A stretch of 64,000 bases of DNA from an uncultured delta proteobacterium. Its GTDB lineage: Bacteria > Myxococcota_A > Polyangia > Polyangiales > Polyangiaceae. The notes below the pieces were generated by a model. The model did not search any database and had not been told where the DNA came from. It worked only from the letters and a program-made list of their open reading frames with translations. Below are positions 19,773 through 29,729 of this stretch, one piece after another. The position numbers and the translations under genes are program-made. Location: contig CAWKKR010000001.1 of assembly GCA_963850305.1 (NCBI GenBank), positions 64,001 to 128,000 on the forward strand, in the 5' to 3' direction. Every line of letters begins with the position of its first letter. The stretch's first letter is position 1.

Positions 19773-20348
19773 ATGACGCTTCGCACGGCACTGCTTTCCG
19801 TGTCCGACAAGACCGGCATCGTCGATTTCGCAAGAGGGCTCGAAAAGCTCGGCTTCACGATGCTATCGACCGGCGGCACGTATCGCAGCCTGGTCGACGC
19901 GGGCGTCCGCGTCGGCACCGTGGAGGCCTACACGGGCTCCCCGGAAGTGATGGACGGCCGCGTGAAGACACTCCATCCACGCGTTCATGGCGGACTGCTC
20001 GCCCGCGCCGGTAAGGACGACGCGGACCTCGCGCGGCTCGGCGGCAGCTACATCGACCTCGTCGCCGTGAACCTCTACCCGTTCGAAAAGACGCTGGAGA
20101 AACCGAACGCTACCCGGGCAGAGCTCATCGAGAACATCGATATCGGTGGACCCAGCATGCTCCGCTCCGCGGCGAAAAATCACGACCGCGTCGCCGTGAT
20201 CTGCGATTCCGCGGACTACGCTCTCGTCCTCGAAGAAATCCGTGAAGCCGGCTCCGTCCGCGCCGAGACCCGTCGACGGCTGGCAGGCAAGGTCTTTGCG
20301 CACACGGCAGCGTACGACTCGGCCATCGCGAGCTGGTTGAACGGTTGA
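19773..20348 (+). CDS. purH: stand-alone IMP cyclohydrolase (N-terminal MGS-like domain of PurH)
   Basis: ALLSVSDK, STGGT, GRVKTLHP, VNLYPF, IENIDIGGPSMLRSAAKN and AYD motifs. Stops at 191 aa with no AICAR transformylase domain. Confidence 0.9.
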   Translation: MTLRTALLSVSDKTGIVDFARGLEKLGFTMLSTGGTYRSLVDAGVRVGTVEAYTGSPEVMDGRVKTLHPRVHGGLLARAGKDDADLARLGGSYIDLVAVNLYPFEKTLEKPNATRAELIENIDIGGPSMLRSAAKNHDRVAVICDSADYALVLEEIREAGSVRAETRRRLAGKVFAHTAAYDSAIASWLNG

Positions 20349-20532
20349 GGTCCTGACCTCGAACTTGCAGTGCTCACGCGCGAGATGGTCCGGTCACGGG
20401 CCGCAATTTTCAGCGCAAAGTTGGCCCCGCGCCGACTCGCATGACATTCCCTGTCGCATCCAACCTCCGCCCCGCGGGCGGGGCCAACGGAGCGGGCGCA
20501 CCCGTGCGCCATCGCTCTAGCAGGAGGACGAC

Positions 20533-20832
20533 GTGAGCGAACGCGAATTGAGAGAGGCTACCGCAAGGGTCCTCCACGCAGACGATGATCGAGGCTCGGG
20601 CGCGTTTTTCGCACCGCCGAAACCGGTGGTCGGCGCGGGAAGCGAAAAGGCCGAAAGTAAGCCCCTTCACTACAAGGTGATTTGCATTTCGATGTACACC
20701 GATGACCTCAAGCGTCTCGACACGATGGTCGAATCGCTGAAGGCTCGCGGACTCACGAAGGCCAACCGAAGCGCGCTCATCCGCTACGCTCTATCCAACG
20801 TCGATCTGGAGCAGGTGCCCAAGGGACTCTGA
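20533..20832 (+). CDS. small ribbon-helix-helix-like protein
   Basis: AGGAGG RBS at 20522. The C-half [15 protein letters not shown]....K......[10 protein letters not shown] has a beta-alpha-alpha RHH pattern. Confidence 0.7.
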   Translation: MSERELREATARVLHADDDRGSGAFFAPPKPVVGAGSEKAESKPLHYKVICISMYTDDLKRLDTMVESLKARGLTKANRSALIRYALSNVDLEQVPKGL

Positions 20833-20845
20833 AGCGGCCGCCACC

Positions 20846-21913
20846 TTGACTCCGGCAAGACGCGACTTCGATCCGGTCCGGATTGCGCTCAGGCTCGGTA
20901 TCTCGAGGGAAGCCATCGAGCTCTACGCGACAAGCGACGTGGTCGATCTTCACGCGGATACGTTCATCTGGACCCGGCTGTTCGGGTACGACCTGAACCG
21001 TCGTCACGGTCCCGGACCGCTCGGGGCGCGGTTCATGGGCCAGGTCGACATCCCTAGACTCATCGAAGCCGGTGTCACAGGCGCGACCTGGGTCGTCACC
21101 ACGAACCCCCTGCGCTCAGCGCGCGGGCGCGCAAAGACATTTTTCGAGAACCTCGGGCGTCTGAGGTCACTGCTCCGGCAGTGTCCGGAAAAGGTCGCTC
21201 TCGTACGCAATGCGGCCGAATACCGAGCAGCGCGCGCCGCGGGCAAGCTCGGTGCGTTCATCGGCATCCAGGGCGGAAACGCCCTCGACCACGATCTCGA
21301 CGATTGGGCGAAGATTCCCGAGGATCTCGTCACGCGCGTGACCCTCGTGCACCTATCCCCCTCGAGGATCGGGACGACGAGCTTTCCGGTGCGCGGCCGT
21401 GACGCCGGACTGACGCCGCTCGGGCATGCCGTCGTGGAGCGCCTCAATCAACGACGCATTCTGGTCGACCTTGCGCACGCTTCGAAGAAGACCTTCCAGG
21501 ACGCCGTGGCGTGCCATGATCCCGCGCTCCCTTTCGCCGTAACCCACACTGGTGTTTCCGGCGTCCGTCCTCACTGGCGCAATCTCGACGACGATCAGCT
21601 TCGCGCCGTCGCGAGAGCGGGCGGGACCGTCGGCATCATGTACCACGGCGACTACCTGAGCTCGCGACGCGGCAGGGCTCGAGTGTCCGACATCGCGGAC
21701 CACTTGCAGCACGTCGTGCGCGTGGCGGGGGAAGATCACGCTTCACTCGGCAGCGACTGGGATGGCGCTATCGTGACGCCGAACGACATGCCCACCTGCC
21801 TCGAAGTGCCGCGTCTCGCGCAGATTCTACTCGAACGGCGGTGGAGTGCGGAACGCGTTGGGAAGGTCCTCGGGGGCAACTATCTCCGCGTGTTGACCGC
21901 ACTCCGCGGCTGA
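20846..21913 (+). CDS. membrane dipeptidase family M19
   Basis: [42 protein letters not shown]. Confidence 0.9.
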   Translation: MTPARRDFDPVRIALRLGISREAIELYATSDVVDLHADTFIWTRLFGYDLNRRHGPGPLGARFMGQVDIPRLIEAGVTGATWVVTTNPLRSARGRAKTFFENLGRLRSLLRQCPEKVALVRNAAEYRAARAAGKLGAFIGIQGGNALDHDLDDWAKIPEDLVTRVTLVHLSPSRIGTTSFPVRGRDAGLTPLGHAVVERLNQRRILVDLAHASKKTFQDAVACHDPALPFAVTHTGVSGVRPHWRNLDDDQLRAVARAGGTVGIMYHGDYLSSRRGRARVSDIADHLQHVVRVAGEDHASLGSDWDGAIVTPNDMPTCLEVPRLAQILLERRWSAERVGKVLGGNYLRVLTALRG

Positions 21914-22627
21914 TCACACCTCAAGCAAATCGGCGTCGACCGACTCGCTCGCCGGCTCTAGGTCGACGTCCTCGACGTCATCGTCGTCGTCGTCCGGGAC
22001 GGGCAGATCAGCCTTCGAGAGCTGGGGCAAGCGTCGCTTTCCAACCGGGCCTTCGTCCACGTATTCACGAAGCGCCTCCATGTCTCGCAGGGCTTCGAGC
22101 TTGGCGAGAGCTTTTACTTCGACCTGTCGAATGCGTTCGCGCGTCAGATTCATGATCGCCCCTACATCCTCTAGAGTGGTTCCGCCGCGATCGGCAACGT
22201 CGAGGGCGCAGGATTCGCCCATGTCCCAGACCTCGAGATCGGGAAAGTTCAACTTGATGGCACCGGTCCGCGGCGAAACGTCGATGAACAGATGATGCTT
22301 GCAGGAAACGAACGGGCACGGACGCGGGCCATCGAGACACTCCTCGCGAGCGCGCGGCTTCCAGTACTCGGTCTCGGGATAGAGCAAGCGCCCGATCTCG
22401 AGCTCCCGCTTGGTCATGCGCTTCACGCTGATCGTGCGAGCACGAACGACGCGCTTTCGTCGCGAACGGCGCTGTTCCCGGGTGATGACTTCTTCGTTCG
22501 AGTCGCTCGAGAGAGCCGTCGCACCCTCCGTCGCGGGCGCAATCGGGCTTTCTGCTAATTCCGCTGCCGCGTCGATCGTTTCCGCAATGTTGGACATGAT
22601 GGTTGCCTCCACTCGCATTTTCGCCAT
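21914..22627 (-). CDS. Cys/His-motif protein with sigma70 region-4 HTH only
   Basis: C-x6-CPFVSCKHH...ESCALD followed by [27 protein letters not shown] (sigma 4.2), with an acidic tail. Start could be ATG22597. Confidence 0.8.
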   Translation of the reverse strand: MAKMRVEATIMSNIAETIDAAAELAESPIAPATEGATALSSDSNEEVITREQRRSRRKRVVRARTISVKRMTKRELEIGRLLYPETEYWKPRAREECLDGPRPCPFVSCKHHLFIDVSPRTGAIKLNFPDLEVWDMGESCALDVADRGGTTLEDVGAIMNLTRERIRQVEVKALAKLEALRDMEALREYVDEGPVGKRRLPQLSKADLPVPDDDDDDVEDVDLEPASESVDADLLEV

Positions 22628-22779
22628 TCGGTGAGCACACGATCCCCGTCGCGTCCCGAGGGCGTTGCCCCCTCGGCGCCTGATCCATGTTTGATTCGAG
22701 AAGAGAAAGAGGTCCGAACGCCCTCAGGCGCGCGTACGCACCTCCACTGACCGCCGTGCCGCTGAAGACACGTCCGCGC

Positions 22780-23295
22780 TCATGACGCCGACACCCGCCT
22801 CAACGTCGATCGCGCCGAAAGCCGCGATTCAATCGTTCCAAGCCGGACCACAAGATCGCGACTCAGTGCCTTTGCACCTTCAACATCGCGAGCGACTGTC
22901 TGCGCATACGCCTCGGCGCGGCGCTCCTTGAGGACGCGGCCGAGCGTGTCGAAAATGTTGTCGAGCGTGGCCTCGAGCGCCTGGATGTCGCTCCGCATGA
23001 ACAGGACATCGCGCTTGATCTGCTCGATCGTATAATTGTCCGCCATCATCTCCTTGATCCGTAGGATCTGGCGAATGACGGTTACGGGATAAACCCCCTG
23101 GGAACCCTGGTGTTTGCCCTTCCGACCGACGCGGACGCTGCGCGGCAGGAGGCCGACCTGCACGTACTTACGCAGTGTCGCCTCCGTCAGATGAACGCCA
23201 CCGGTCGCAAAGAGATCGAGGATCTCGGCGGAAGTTAGGCCCGCCGCATGGTCGCGTTCGATGCGGTCCAAAGTGCTCTCGTCGATTCGGTCCAT
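22780..23295 (-). CDS. MerR-like HTH protein
   Basis: LTEATLRKYVQVGLLP...Y...IRQILRIKEM....YTIEQI MerR-type pattern plus a coiled-coil C-terminus. Confidence 0.75.
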   Translation of the reverse strand: MDRIDESTLDRIERDHAAGLTSAEILDLFATGGVHLTEATLRKYVQVGLLPRSVRVGRKGKHQGSQGVYPVTVIRQILRIKEMMADNYTIEQIKRDVLFMRSDIQALEATLDNIFDTLGRVLKERRAEAYAQTVARDVEGAKALSRDLVVRLGTIESRLSARSTLRRVSAS

Positions 23296-23407
23296 CGGTT
23301 TCAGGGGCCTCGGGTGCGTCAATCTCACCGAAGCACGCGCGAATATATTCTACTCAGTGGATTCACCAAACGATTTTCCAAGGAATTATTTGGCCATTCC
23401 ATGCGAC

Positions 23408-23484
23408 AGCTCCATGGACCCGGGTTCGCCTCGAAGACGTGACATTGATTGTCACAACTAACGAAATGTCCATGGAGCTTTTTT
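23408..23484. repeat. nested inverted repeats in AT-rich divergent intergenic region
   Basis: AGCTCCATGGAC (23408-19) and GTCCATGGAGCT (23468-79) enclose GTGACA-TTGAT-TGTCAC (23439-55), followed by a T-run. Confidence 0.8.
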
Positions 23485-23606
23485 AGCGTCCATACACACA
23501 TGGACACACATTGGACGGGGCGCCCGTTCAGCGGACGTCACGGAGCGCCGGCCGATCGGAAATCTGCGTCGCGGCCCGGCGCTTTTCCGCTGTAATCTCC
23601 GCGCCG

Positions 23607-24440
23607 ATGTCCGGGCCGGAGCGCCATCGCGACGTTAAGGCGAACGGGGTTCGTCTCCGCGTCGCCGAAGCTGGAACGGGCGCACCCATCGTACTACTGC
23701 ACGATCTCCTGGTCGATCACCGGGCGTGGAACGGCGTGATGCGCTTTCTTTCGACGGAGTTCCGGCTGGTCGCGCCGGACTTTCCCGGCTTCGGCGAGAG
23801 CGAAAAGCCGTCACCAGCTCGCTTCGCGTATGATGTTCCGGCGTTCGCCGAGGTCGTGGCGGATCTTTACGCTGGCCTCGATCTGGGTCGCGCCGCGATC
23901 GTGGGGCACGGTCTGGGGGGCGCCGTGGCCATCGCGCTGGCGGCGCAACACCGGGAGCTGGTCTCGCGCCTCGTACTCGTCGATTCCGTCTGTTGCGACG
24001 GCCCTCTCGATCTCCGACGACGGGTCGCCTCGCTACCCGCAGTGGGTGGCTTCGTGATGAAGCAACTCTGGGGACGCGCGACTTTCCGGGGCTTCTTTCG
24101 CGAGGTCGTCTCATCCGGGCGAACCTCGCTGCCACTCGAAGTGATTGACCGATATTACGACGCCTTCAACGACCCGGCGTCACGCGGGAGCGCGCACGCC
24201 ACGCTGCGAGCAACCCTCGACACTCGGTCGGTGGCGGCGCAGACCGCCCGGATCGGGGTGCCGGCCCTGGTGATCTGGGGACGAAATGATCGAATGTTTC
24301 CTGCGGGCCTCGGCCAACGGCTTGCCCGTCAGATCAGAGGCGCCGGATTCGAGTTGATGGACGCGGGACACGCTCCCCACGAGGAGTCTCCGGAAGAATT
24401 TTCGGCCATCGCGGGACGGTTCCTGCGCGCGGAGAGATAG
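23607..24440 (+). CDS. alpha/beta hydrolase-fold protein
   Basis: APDFPGFGES, GHGLGG elbow, VIWGRND, AGHAPHEE. Confidence 0.9.
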   Translation: MSGPERHRDVKANGVRLRVAEAGTGAPIVLLHDLLVDHRAWNGVMRFLSTEFRLVAPDFPGFGESEKPSPARFAYDVPAFAEVVADLYAGLDLGRAAIVGHGLGGAVAIALAAQHRELVSRLVLVDSVCCDGPLDLRRRVASLPAVGGFVMKQLWGRATFRGFFREVVSSGRTSLPLEVIDRYYDAFNDPASRGSAHATLRATLDTRSVAAQTARIGVPALVIWGRNDRMFPAGLGQRLARQIRGAGFELMDAGHAPHEESPEEFSAIAGRFLRAER

Positions 24441-24486
24441 CGGCCGCGCGGTTCATTCGGGGGTTCCGCCGCTCGAGACAGGGCCT

Positions 24487-26733
24487 TCACTGGATGGGGA
24501 ACGACGCGGTCGGCGGATTCTCCGACGGATGGACCGGCGTCGATGGCCGATGCGGCTCGGGCGCAGGCTCCGGCTCTTCGACAGCGGGCTGCAATCTTCG
24601 CGGCGATGGCCGTGGAAGATACGGCCGCTCCAGCGGTCTGGCGCGTTCGACGGGGCGCATCGGCGTGACGGCGGGGACAGTCGTGACGACTTTCGAGAGC
24701 CCTGCTCGTGGCGGAGGCTCCTCTGAATTTGCAGCTGTGGACGGCGTCGGCGGCGCCGATTCTGCGGACATCGTGGGGAGTTCGATTGGTACTTCCGGGG
24801 CGTTCCGAACCGAAGGCTCGAGTTGCCCCGGAGTGCCTAGTTTGGCCGGCGCCGATCTCCTGACCGCTGGAGCGACTGGCACCACGGCATGAACACTTTG
24901 TTGCGCGTCTTTGCGCTCCCTCTGTAGCCAGACGCCGATCACCAGCCCCACCACCAAGAGGCCGACGACCACCGCCACCAGCGCCTTCAGGCGTTCCCGT
25001 CTCGCGATCTGCTCTGGCGTGCGGGAAACGAGGGGCCCGTCGTAAGTGGTCGGCGAGGACTCCCCGAGCCCCGATGCCGCCGGGCCCCCTTCATAACGCC
25101 CCTCGTCGCCAGCAACGAAGAAGTCCTTGTGAATCGGATCCCCGTGATCGGGCAACGCGTCAGCGAACGGCGCCTCGACTGCGAGCGCGGCTCCACGCGG
25201 CTCCGCTTCGCGGTGCGTGAGCGGCAGCGGCTCGTTGGAGTCGCTGTGATGCTCCTTCTGTGCAGGAAATGGTATCAACTTCCCCCCATGGCTCCTGGCC
25301 GCAAGCGACGTCCCGGCGGTGCCACCGCCGAGTTGTGACGCCCGCGGCGCTCCAGCGCCCTCGGCGATAGCCGCGCGGGCCTCCGGAGTCGCTCGCACGG
25401 TCGAGGCGGCCGCCTCTCGGATCTCGGCTTCGATCTGGTCCAGCCCGATGCGCGGGGCACCCACCCCCGCCAGCGTTTGGCCCACGATCTCCGCACGAGT
25501 CGTGGTTCGCACGTAGGCAGCCGTGGACGGCGCTCCGTCCGCCAGATCTCCGGGTGGTGCCGAGCGCTCCTGAGGCGGGCCTTGGGGACCCGGCGGCACC
25601 GACTCGAAACCGATGAGCGTCTTCGTTACGAGCTCAGCACCGATGGCGGGAGCTGGCGGACGGGAGGCCCTCGACGCGGCATCAGGGCGTGGCTCCCTCC
25701 CTTGGCCGGGCACGACATCGTATTCGTTACCGACCTTGTCGTGAGCGGGGGCACTATCACCGTCGAGGTTCGGTACGACCTGCTCTTCCCGCTCGGCGAG
25801 GACAAGTAGTCCCTCGAAATAGAGCTTGGAAATGACGGAAAGCGTGGACAGATCGTCGAACGGCGATTCATCGATGATATCGATCAGATTTCGGCGCCCG
25901 TCGAGAAGCCGCAGGATCGCGTTGAGCTCGTCGGGAATCTCCGTGAGCCGCTCCACGAGCGTCTCGTGATCGACGTCGAAGACCGCGTCGAGAGACGGCA
26001 ACTGTTCCGACAGGCGACCCCATTCGTCGACGCGGCGCATCCCCTCCATCAAGAGGCCCTGCGTCGACGTGGCGATCATCTCCGGATTGTCGACGTGCTT
26101 GAACTCGACTTCGAAATTCCCACTGGTCCAGAGTAGCGCGCGATAAATTGCTTCCTCGCCGCGGAGCTTGCCGATCTCGGCATCCACGAGCTTGCCCTCA
26201 CGGAAGTACACCATCGCTTCTCTCCGCCCGTCGGTAATCCGCGCAGTCCCGCTCTTGCGACTCACTTCGATCGTCTGCAGGAGGTCCACGACGCCCATAT
26301 CCTCGAGCGAACCAGCGAACCGCGTCCGTGATGCTGGGCCCGTGGCGATGCGTTCTTGCGTTCGACGCGCCAGCAGCATGTGCACGCGGGTGATGAGCTC
26401 CCGAACGAAAATCGGCTTGATGAGGTAGTCCTCGACCCCGAGTTCGAGTCCGCGGATCTTGTCCTCGATCGACTTCTGACTTGTCAGAAAGACGATCGGA
26501 ATCGCCGCGTGCTCGGGGCGCGACTTTAGCTTTCGCACCATCTCGTAACCATCGATACCCGGCAGACGCGTATCGCTCAGGATCAGGTCGGGCGTCGCGT
26601 ATTCGAGCTTCGCGAGCGCATCGGAACCGTCCGACGCGGTGGTGACGTTGAAGCCTGCGTTCTTCAAGCTCACTTCCAGGACCCGAACACTGCGCGGGTC
26701 CCCGTCCACTAGGAGCAACTGCTGCTTCGCCAC
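24487..26733 (-). CDS. response regulator with REC + DUF4388-like domain, TM helix and Pro-rich tail
   Basis: LLLVDGD...[12 protein letters not shown]...KP REC domain; [13 protein letters not shown]...KSG...YFREG...GEEA DUF4388-like segment; [21 protein letters not shown]. Confidence 0.85.
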   Translation of the reverse strand: MAKQQLLLVDGDPRSVRVLEVSLKNAGFNVTTASDGSDALAKLEYATPDLILSDTRLPGIDGYEMVRKLKSRPEHAAIPIVFLTSQKSIEDKIRGLELGVEDYLIKPIFVRELITRVHMLLARRTQERIATGPASRTRFAGSLEDMGVVDLLQTIEVSRKSGTARITDGRREAMVYFREGKLVDAEIGKLRGEEAIYRALLWTSGNFEVEFKHVDNPEMIATSTQGLLMEGMRRVDEWGRLSEQLPSLDAVFDVDHETLVERLTEIPDELNAILRLLDGRRNLIDIIDESPFDDLSTLSVISKLYFEGLLVLAEREEQVVPNLDGDSAPAHDKVGNEYDVVPGQGREPRPDAASRASRPPAPAIGAELVTKTLIGFESVPPGPQGPPQERSAPPGDLADGAPSTAAYVRTTTRAEIVGQTLAGVGAPRIGLDQIEAEIREAAASTVRATPEARAAIAEGAGAPRASQLGGGTAGTSLAARSHGGKLIPFPAQKEHHSDSNEPLPLTHREAEPRGAALAVEAPFADALPDHGDPIHKDFFVAGDEGRYEGGPAASGLGESSPTTYDGPLVSRTPEQIARRERLKALVAVVVGLLVVGLVIGVWLQRERKDAQQSVHAVVPVAPAVRRSAPAKLGTPGQLEPSVRNAPEVPIELPTMSAESAPPTPSTAANSEEPPPRAGLSKVVTTVPAVTPMRPVERARPLERPYLPRPSPRRLQPAVEEPEPAPEPHRPSTPVHPSENPPTASFPIQ

Positions 26734-26818
26734 GCAAACCTTGTCCTATCAGATTGTCGCCCTAACGCTGACCGAAGACGTACCCACCCGCGAAATCATG
26801 CGCTTCCGGACGGCACTG

Positions 26819-28339
26819 TCATCGCGACCATGGATCGACGATGTCGCTACCGCCAATTTTTTCTTTGCCTTTCATCGGTTTGGTGCCCGGTCGCTCCGTC
26901 GCCGCTGGCGGAATTCGCCCGCCCGTCCGGGAGGCCACGACTGGCGTCGCGTGGACCCGACCGGGGACGGTCGGTGCAGAGTCCTTCGTGGCCCACGCGC
27001 TCGGTTCTGGCTCAGGGACGGCGCCCCGCAAGGTTACTGGCACCGCCAGCGGCGGGGGTGCGGCGGCGCTCCGGGGCCGGCTAGGGACGTAAGGGATGTA
27101 GGCCGCATGCGACGACGATGGGCGGTGTGCCCAAAACAAGGTTGCGGTGCCGAAGGAGATCACTGCGAGAACGCTCGCCCATGAGATGATGCGAGCTTTC
27201 CTGCTCGTTCGCGTATCGGCGCTCCTGTGGTCGGATCCTCGGCCGCTCGCGACCGGTTCTCGTGGCGGGTCCTTCCGAGCGCGGGGCTCCGCGGGGATCA
27301 CCCGGACCGTTCCGTCACCGACGTGCCTGGCGACCCTGCGGAGCTCGGCCCCGAGGGCTAGCATGGTCGGAAATCGGCGCTCTGGTCTCTTCTCCAAGCA
27401 ACACAACGTGACTTGTTCCAGAGCGCCCAGCGCCGACGCGTCACCGAGGCGGACGCTGGGCGGTGTTGGATCGGCGTAGAGATGCTTGGTGAGGACGCCC
27501 ATGGATGTGTCGGCCTCGAACGGCACGCACCCCGTGAACATCTGATACATCACGATACCGAGCGCATAAACGTCCGTGCGCTCGTCGATCGTGGCGCCGG
27601 CTGCTTGCTCCGGACTCATGTACTGTGGAGTGCCGAAGACGATTCCGTTCTGGGTCAGCCGGCTCTGACCCGCAACTTTGGCGAGCCCGAAATCGAGTAC
27701 CTTCACGCACTCACCCGACGGCGTGTCGCAGACCAAAATGTTGTCCGGCTTCAGATCGCGGTGGACGACACCCGCTGCGTGCGCCGCAGCTAGGGCGCCT
27801 ATCATCTGCTCGAGTAGCGGCACCGCGCGCGAAGCCGGGAGCGACCCGTCCTTGCGAATCAGCGCGCTGAGCGATCGGCCTGAAACGAGCTCCATCACGA
27901 AGTAAGGCTGGCCCGACGGCAAATTGCCGAAGTCCGTGATCTGCACGACGTTCTGGTGCGAGATGGACGCCGCCGCACGCGCCTCGCGGAGAAACCTCAA
28001 ACCAAGCTCTTCGTCGCGAGAGAGATCCGCACGCAGCACTTTCAGGGCGAACAGTCGTTCGATGACTCGATGACGAACGCGATAGACCAGACCCATCCCG
28101 CCCTCCCCGAGTACGGCATGAACCTCGTACCGCCCGTCAATCACGGTCCCGATCAGCGGATCCCTGCGCCGCTCGCCCTCGAGTGCCGCTCGCAGCGGCG
28201 CGCCGTCGAAGGGGCAGAACCGCGCGTCCGACGAAGTGAAGCGGCTGCTGCAACGATCGCAAACCCGACCTGGCGGCGGGGCCGCCTCGAGGCTCACGAC
28301 CTCTTCCGCAAACTGCCGCGATGTCGGATCGCTCACCAC
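26819..28339 (-). CDS. membrane Ser/Thr (Hanks) protein kinase with N-terminal zinc ribbon
   Basis: CDRC...FCPFDG, LGEGGMG, ALK, HRDLKPDN, DFG, GTPQYMSPE, TM helix, terminal DIVDPW. Confidence 0.92.
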   Translation of the reverse strand: MVSDPTSRQFAEEVVSLEAAPPPGRVCDRCSSRFTSSDARFCPFDGAPLRAALEGERRRDPLIGTVIDGRYEVHAVLGEGGMGLVYRVRHRVIERLFALKVLRADLSRDEELGLRFLREARAAASISHQNVVQITDFGNLPSGQPYFVMELVSGRSLSALIRKDGSLPASRAVPLLEQMIGALAAAHAAGVVHRDLKPDNILVCDTPSGECVKVLDFGLAKVAGQSRLTQNGIVFGTPQYMSPEQAAGATIDERTDVYALGIVMYQMFTGCVPFEADTSMGVLTKHLYADPTPPSVRLGDASALGALEQVTLCCLEKRPERRFPTMLALGAELRRVARHVGDGTVRVIPAEPRARKDPPREPVASGRGSDHRSADTRTSRKARIISWASVLAVISFGTATLFWAHRPSSSHAAYIPYVPSRPRSAAAPPPLAVPVTLRGAVPEPEPSAWATKDSAPTVPGRVHATPVVASRTGGRIPPAATERPGTKPMKGKEKIGGSDIVDPWSR

Positions 28340-28367
28340 GCCCTTGAAACGTGCCCCGTGTGCGGAA

Positions 28368-29624
28368 TCACACCAGTGACCCGCCGCACTCGGTGCAGAA
28401 CTTGGCGCCCATGGGGTTGCCGGCGCCGCAGCGCCCGCACGGCACCAGGCGCGCCGCATTCCCCGCGGACGGTTGGGGCGGCGCAGGAGAGGGGTCCGGA
28501 GGGCGCGGCGCGTAGCCCTGCGGCGAAACGGCGTAACCCGGAGCGGGCTGCGCCTGCGGGTACGCAGGACCTTGGCCGTAACCAGACGGGGGATATCCTG
28601 GAGGGTATCCTTGTGGATACCCAGGCGGGTAGCCGTGCCCGGCATTTGCCATGCCCATGGCCATCCCCATCCCGGCCGCCACGCCGGCGCTGGCCACCCC
28701 AGCAGCAGGCCCATCGCCTCCGCGACTCATACCCTGACCCATTCCTAGCATCGCTTCAGCGCCGGCGTATTGTTGATAGGCGGGCATATTCATGTTCTGG
28801 AGGTATCGCTGTCGATTCGCGAACTCCTGATCGAGCTGAAACTGCTTTTGCTGCGCTTGCGACTCCGCCTGGGAGACGGCAATATGAGCCTTCCGCGCGT
28901 CCAGCTTGGCCTGGACGATCTGATCTTGAAACTGATCGATGCGCTTCTGGTCTTCATCCGACAAATTCAGAACGAGTTTCGCGATTTCGAGAACCTGGAC
29001 GCCAATCCTCGCAAGGTCCGGGCAATCCTTGACGATCGCACGCCCAACGTCCGGACCGGCCGTCCCGAGATCCATGAATGTGAGCTCACCCGATTTGATC
29101 AGCCGGGTGAGCGTGGAGCGAAGGCCCATCATCAGCTGATCCCTCACCCACGTGAGTGTCGCGTCGGGGTCGGTCGACGCCTTTTGACCCCAAAACTCAA
29201 GCACGAAGCGCACGGGTTCGACGACGCGAAATGCGTACGTGCCGTAGGCGCGCGGCTCGACGCGGAGTTCGAGTTCGGGATCGCGCATGGACCCGATGGG
29301 ACCACCGAATCCTTGGTTGTAGAGTGGCCGCGTCGTGACGAAAAAGAGCTCGCTGATGAACATGTTTCCGCCGCTGAACTTGTCGACGAGGTTGTTCAGA
29401 AACGGCACGTTCTGAGTCTGCAGCGTGTGGCGACCGGGACCGAGAGCGCCCACGTACTGCCCGTCCTTGAAGAACAGGCAGACTTCGTCGGAATCGACGG
29501 TCACCTGGGACCAGAAGGGAAAGGTTTGGTCTGGATGCTTGTAGACGACCGCATCCTTGTGAGAGTCCGCGCGCGCGATCATCATGCGCTCGACGCCGCT
29601 CTTGACGAAGTTCAGGATTCCCAT
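28368..29624 (-). CDS. SPFH (YdjI-like) domain protein with C-terminal zinc ribbon
   Basis: GPGRHTL, F.SELFFV, RDPE...RAYGTY, AGMGMAMG, YPPG repeats, CGRCG...AKFCTECG. Confidence 0.85.
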   Translation of the reverse strand: MGILNFVKSGVERMMIARADSHKDAVVYKHPDQTFPFWSQVTVDSDEVCLFFKDGQYVGALGPGRHTLQTQNVPFLNNLVDKFSGGNMFISELFFVTTRPLYNQGFGGPIGSMRDPELELRVEPRAYGTYAFRVVEPVRFVLEFWGQKASTDPDATLTWVRDQLMMGLRSTLTRLIKSGELTFMDLGTAGPDVGRAIVKDCPDLARIGVQVLEIAKLVLNLSDEDQKRIDQFQDQIVQAKLDARKAHIAVSQAESQAQQKQFQLDQEFANRQRYLQNMNMPAYQQYAGAEAMLGMGQGMSRGGDGPAAGVASAGVAAGMGMAMGMANAGHGYPPGYPQGYPPGYPPSGYGQGPAYPQAQPAPGYAVSPQGYAPRPPDPSPAPPQPSAGNAARLVPCGRCGAGNPMGAKFCTECGGSLV

Positions 29625-29729
29625 GCGTTTCGCCTCCGCTGAAAGAAGGGCTCGTGTTCTCCGGCCTTCTTGGCATCATGCCATAGTTCCGGAGCCCTCG
29701 CCTTTGACGGACTCCAGGGCCGATTTCCC

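Noticed and set aside
21975..21995. (TCG)n trinucleotide run as a contingency repeat
   Set aside because: In-frame poly-Asp codons; too short and typical of this codon usage.
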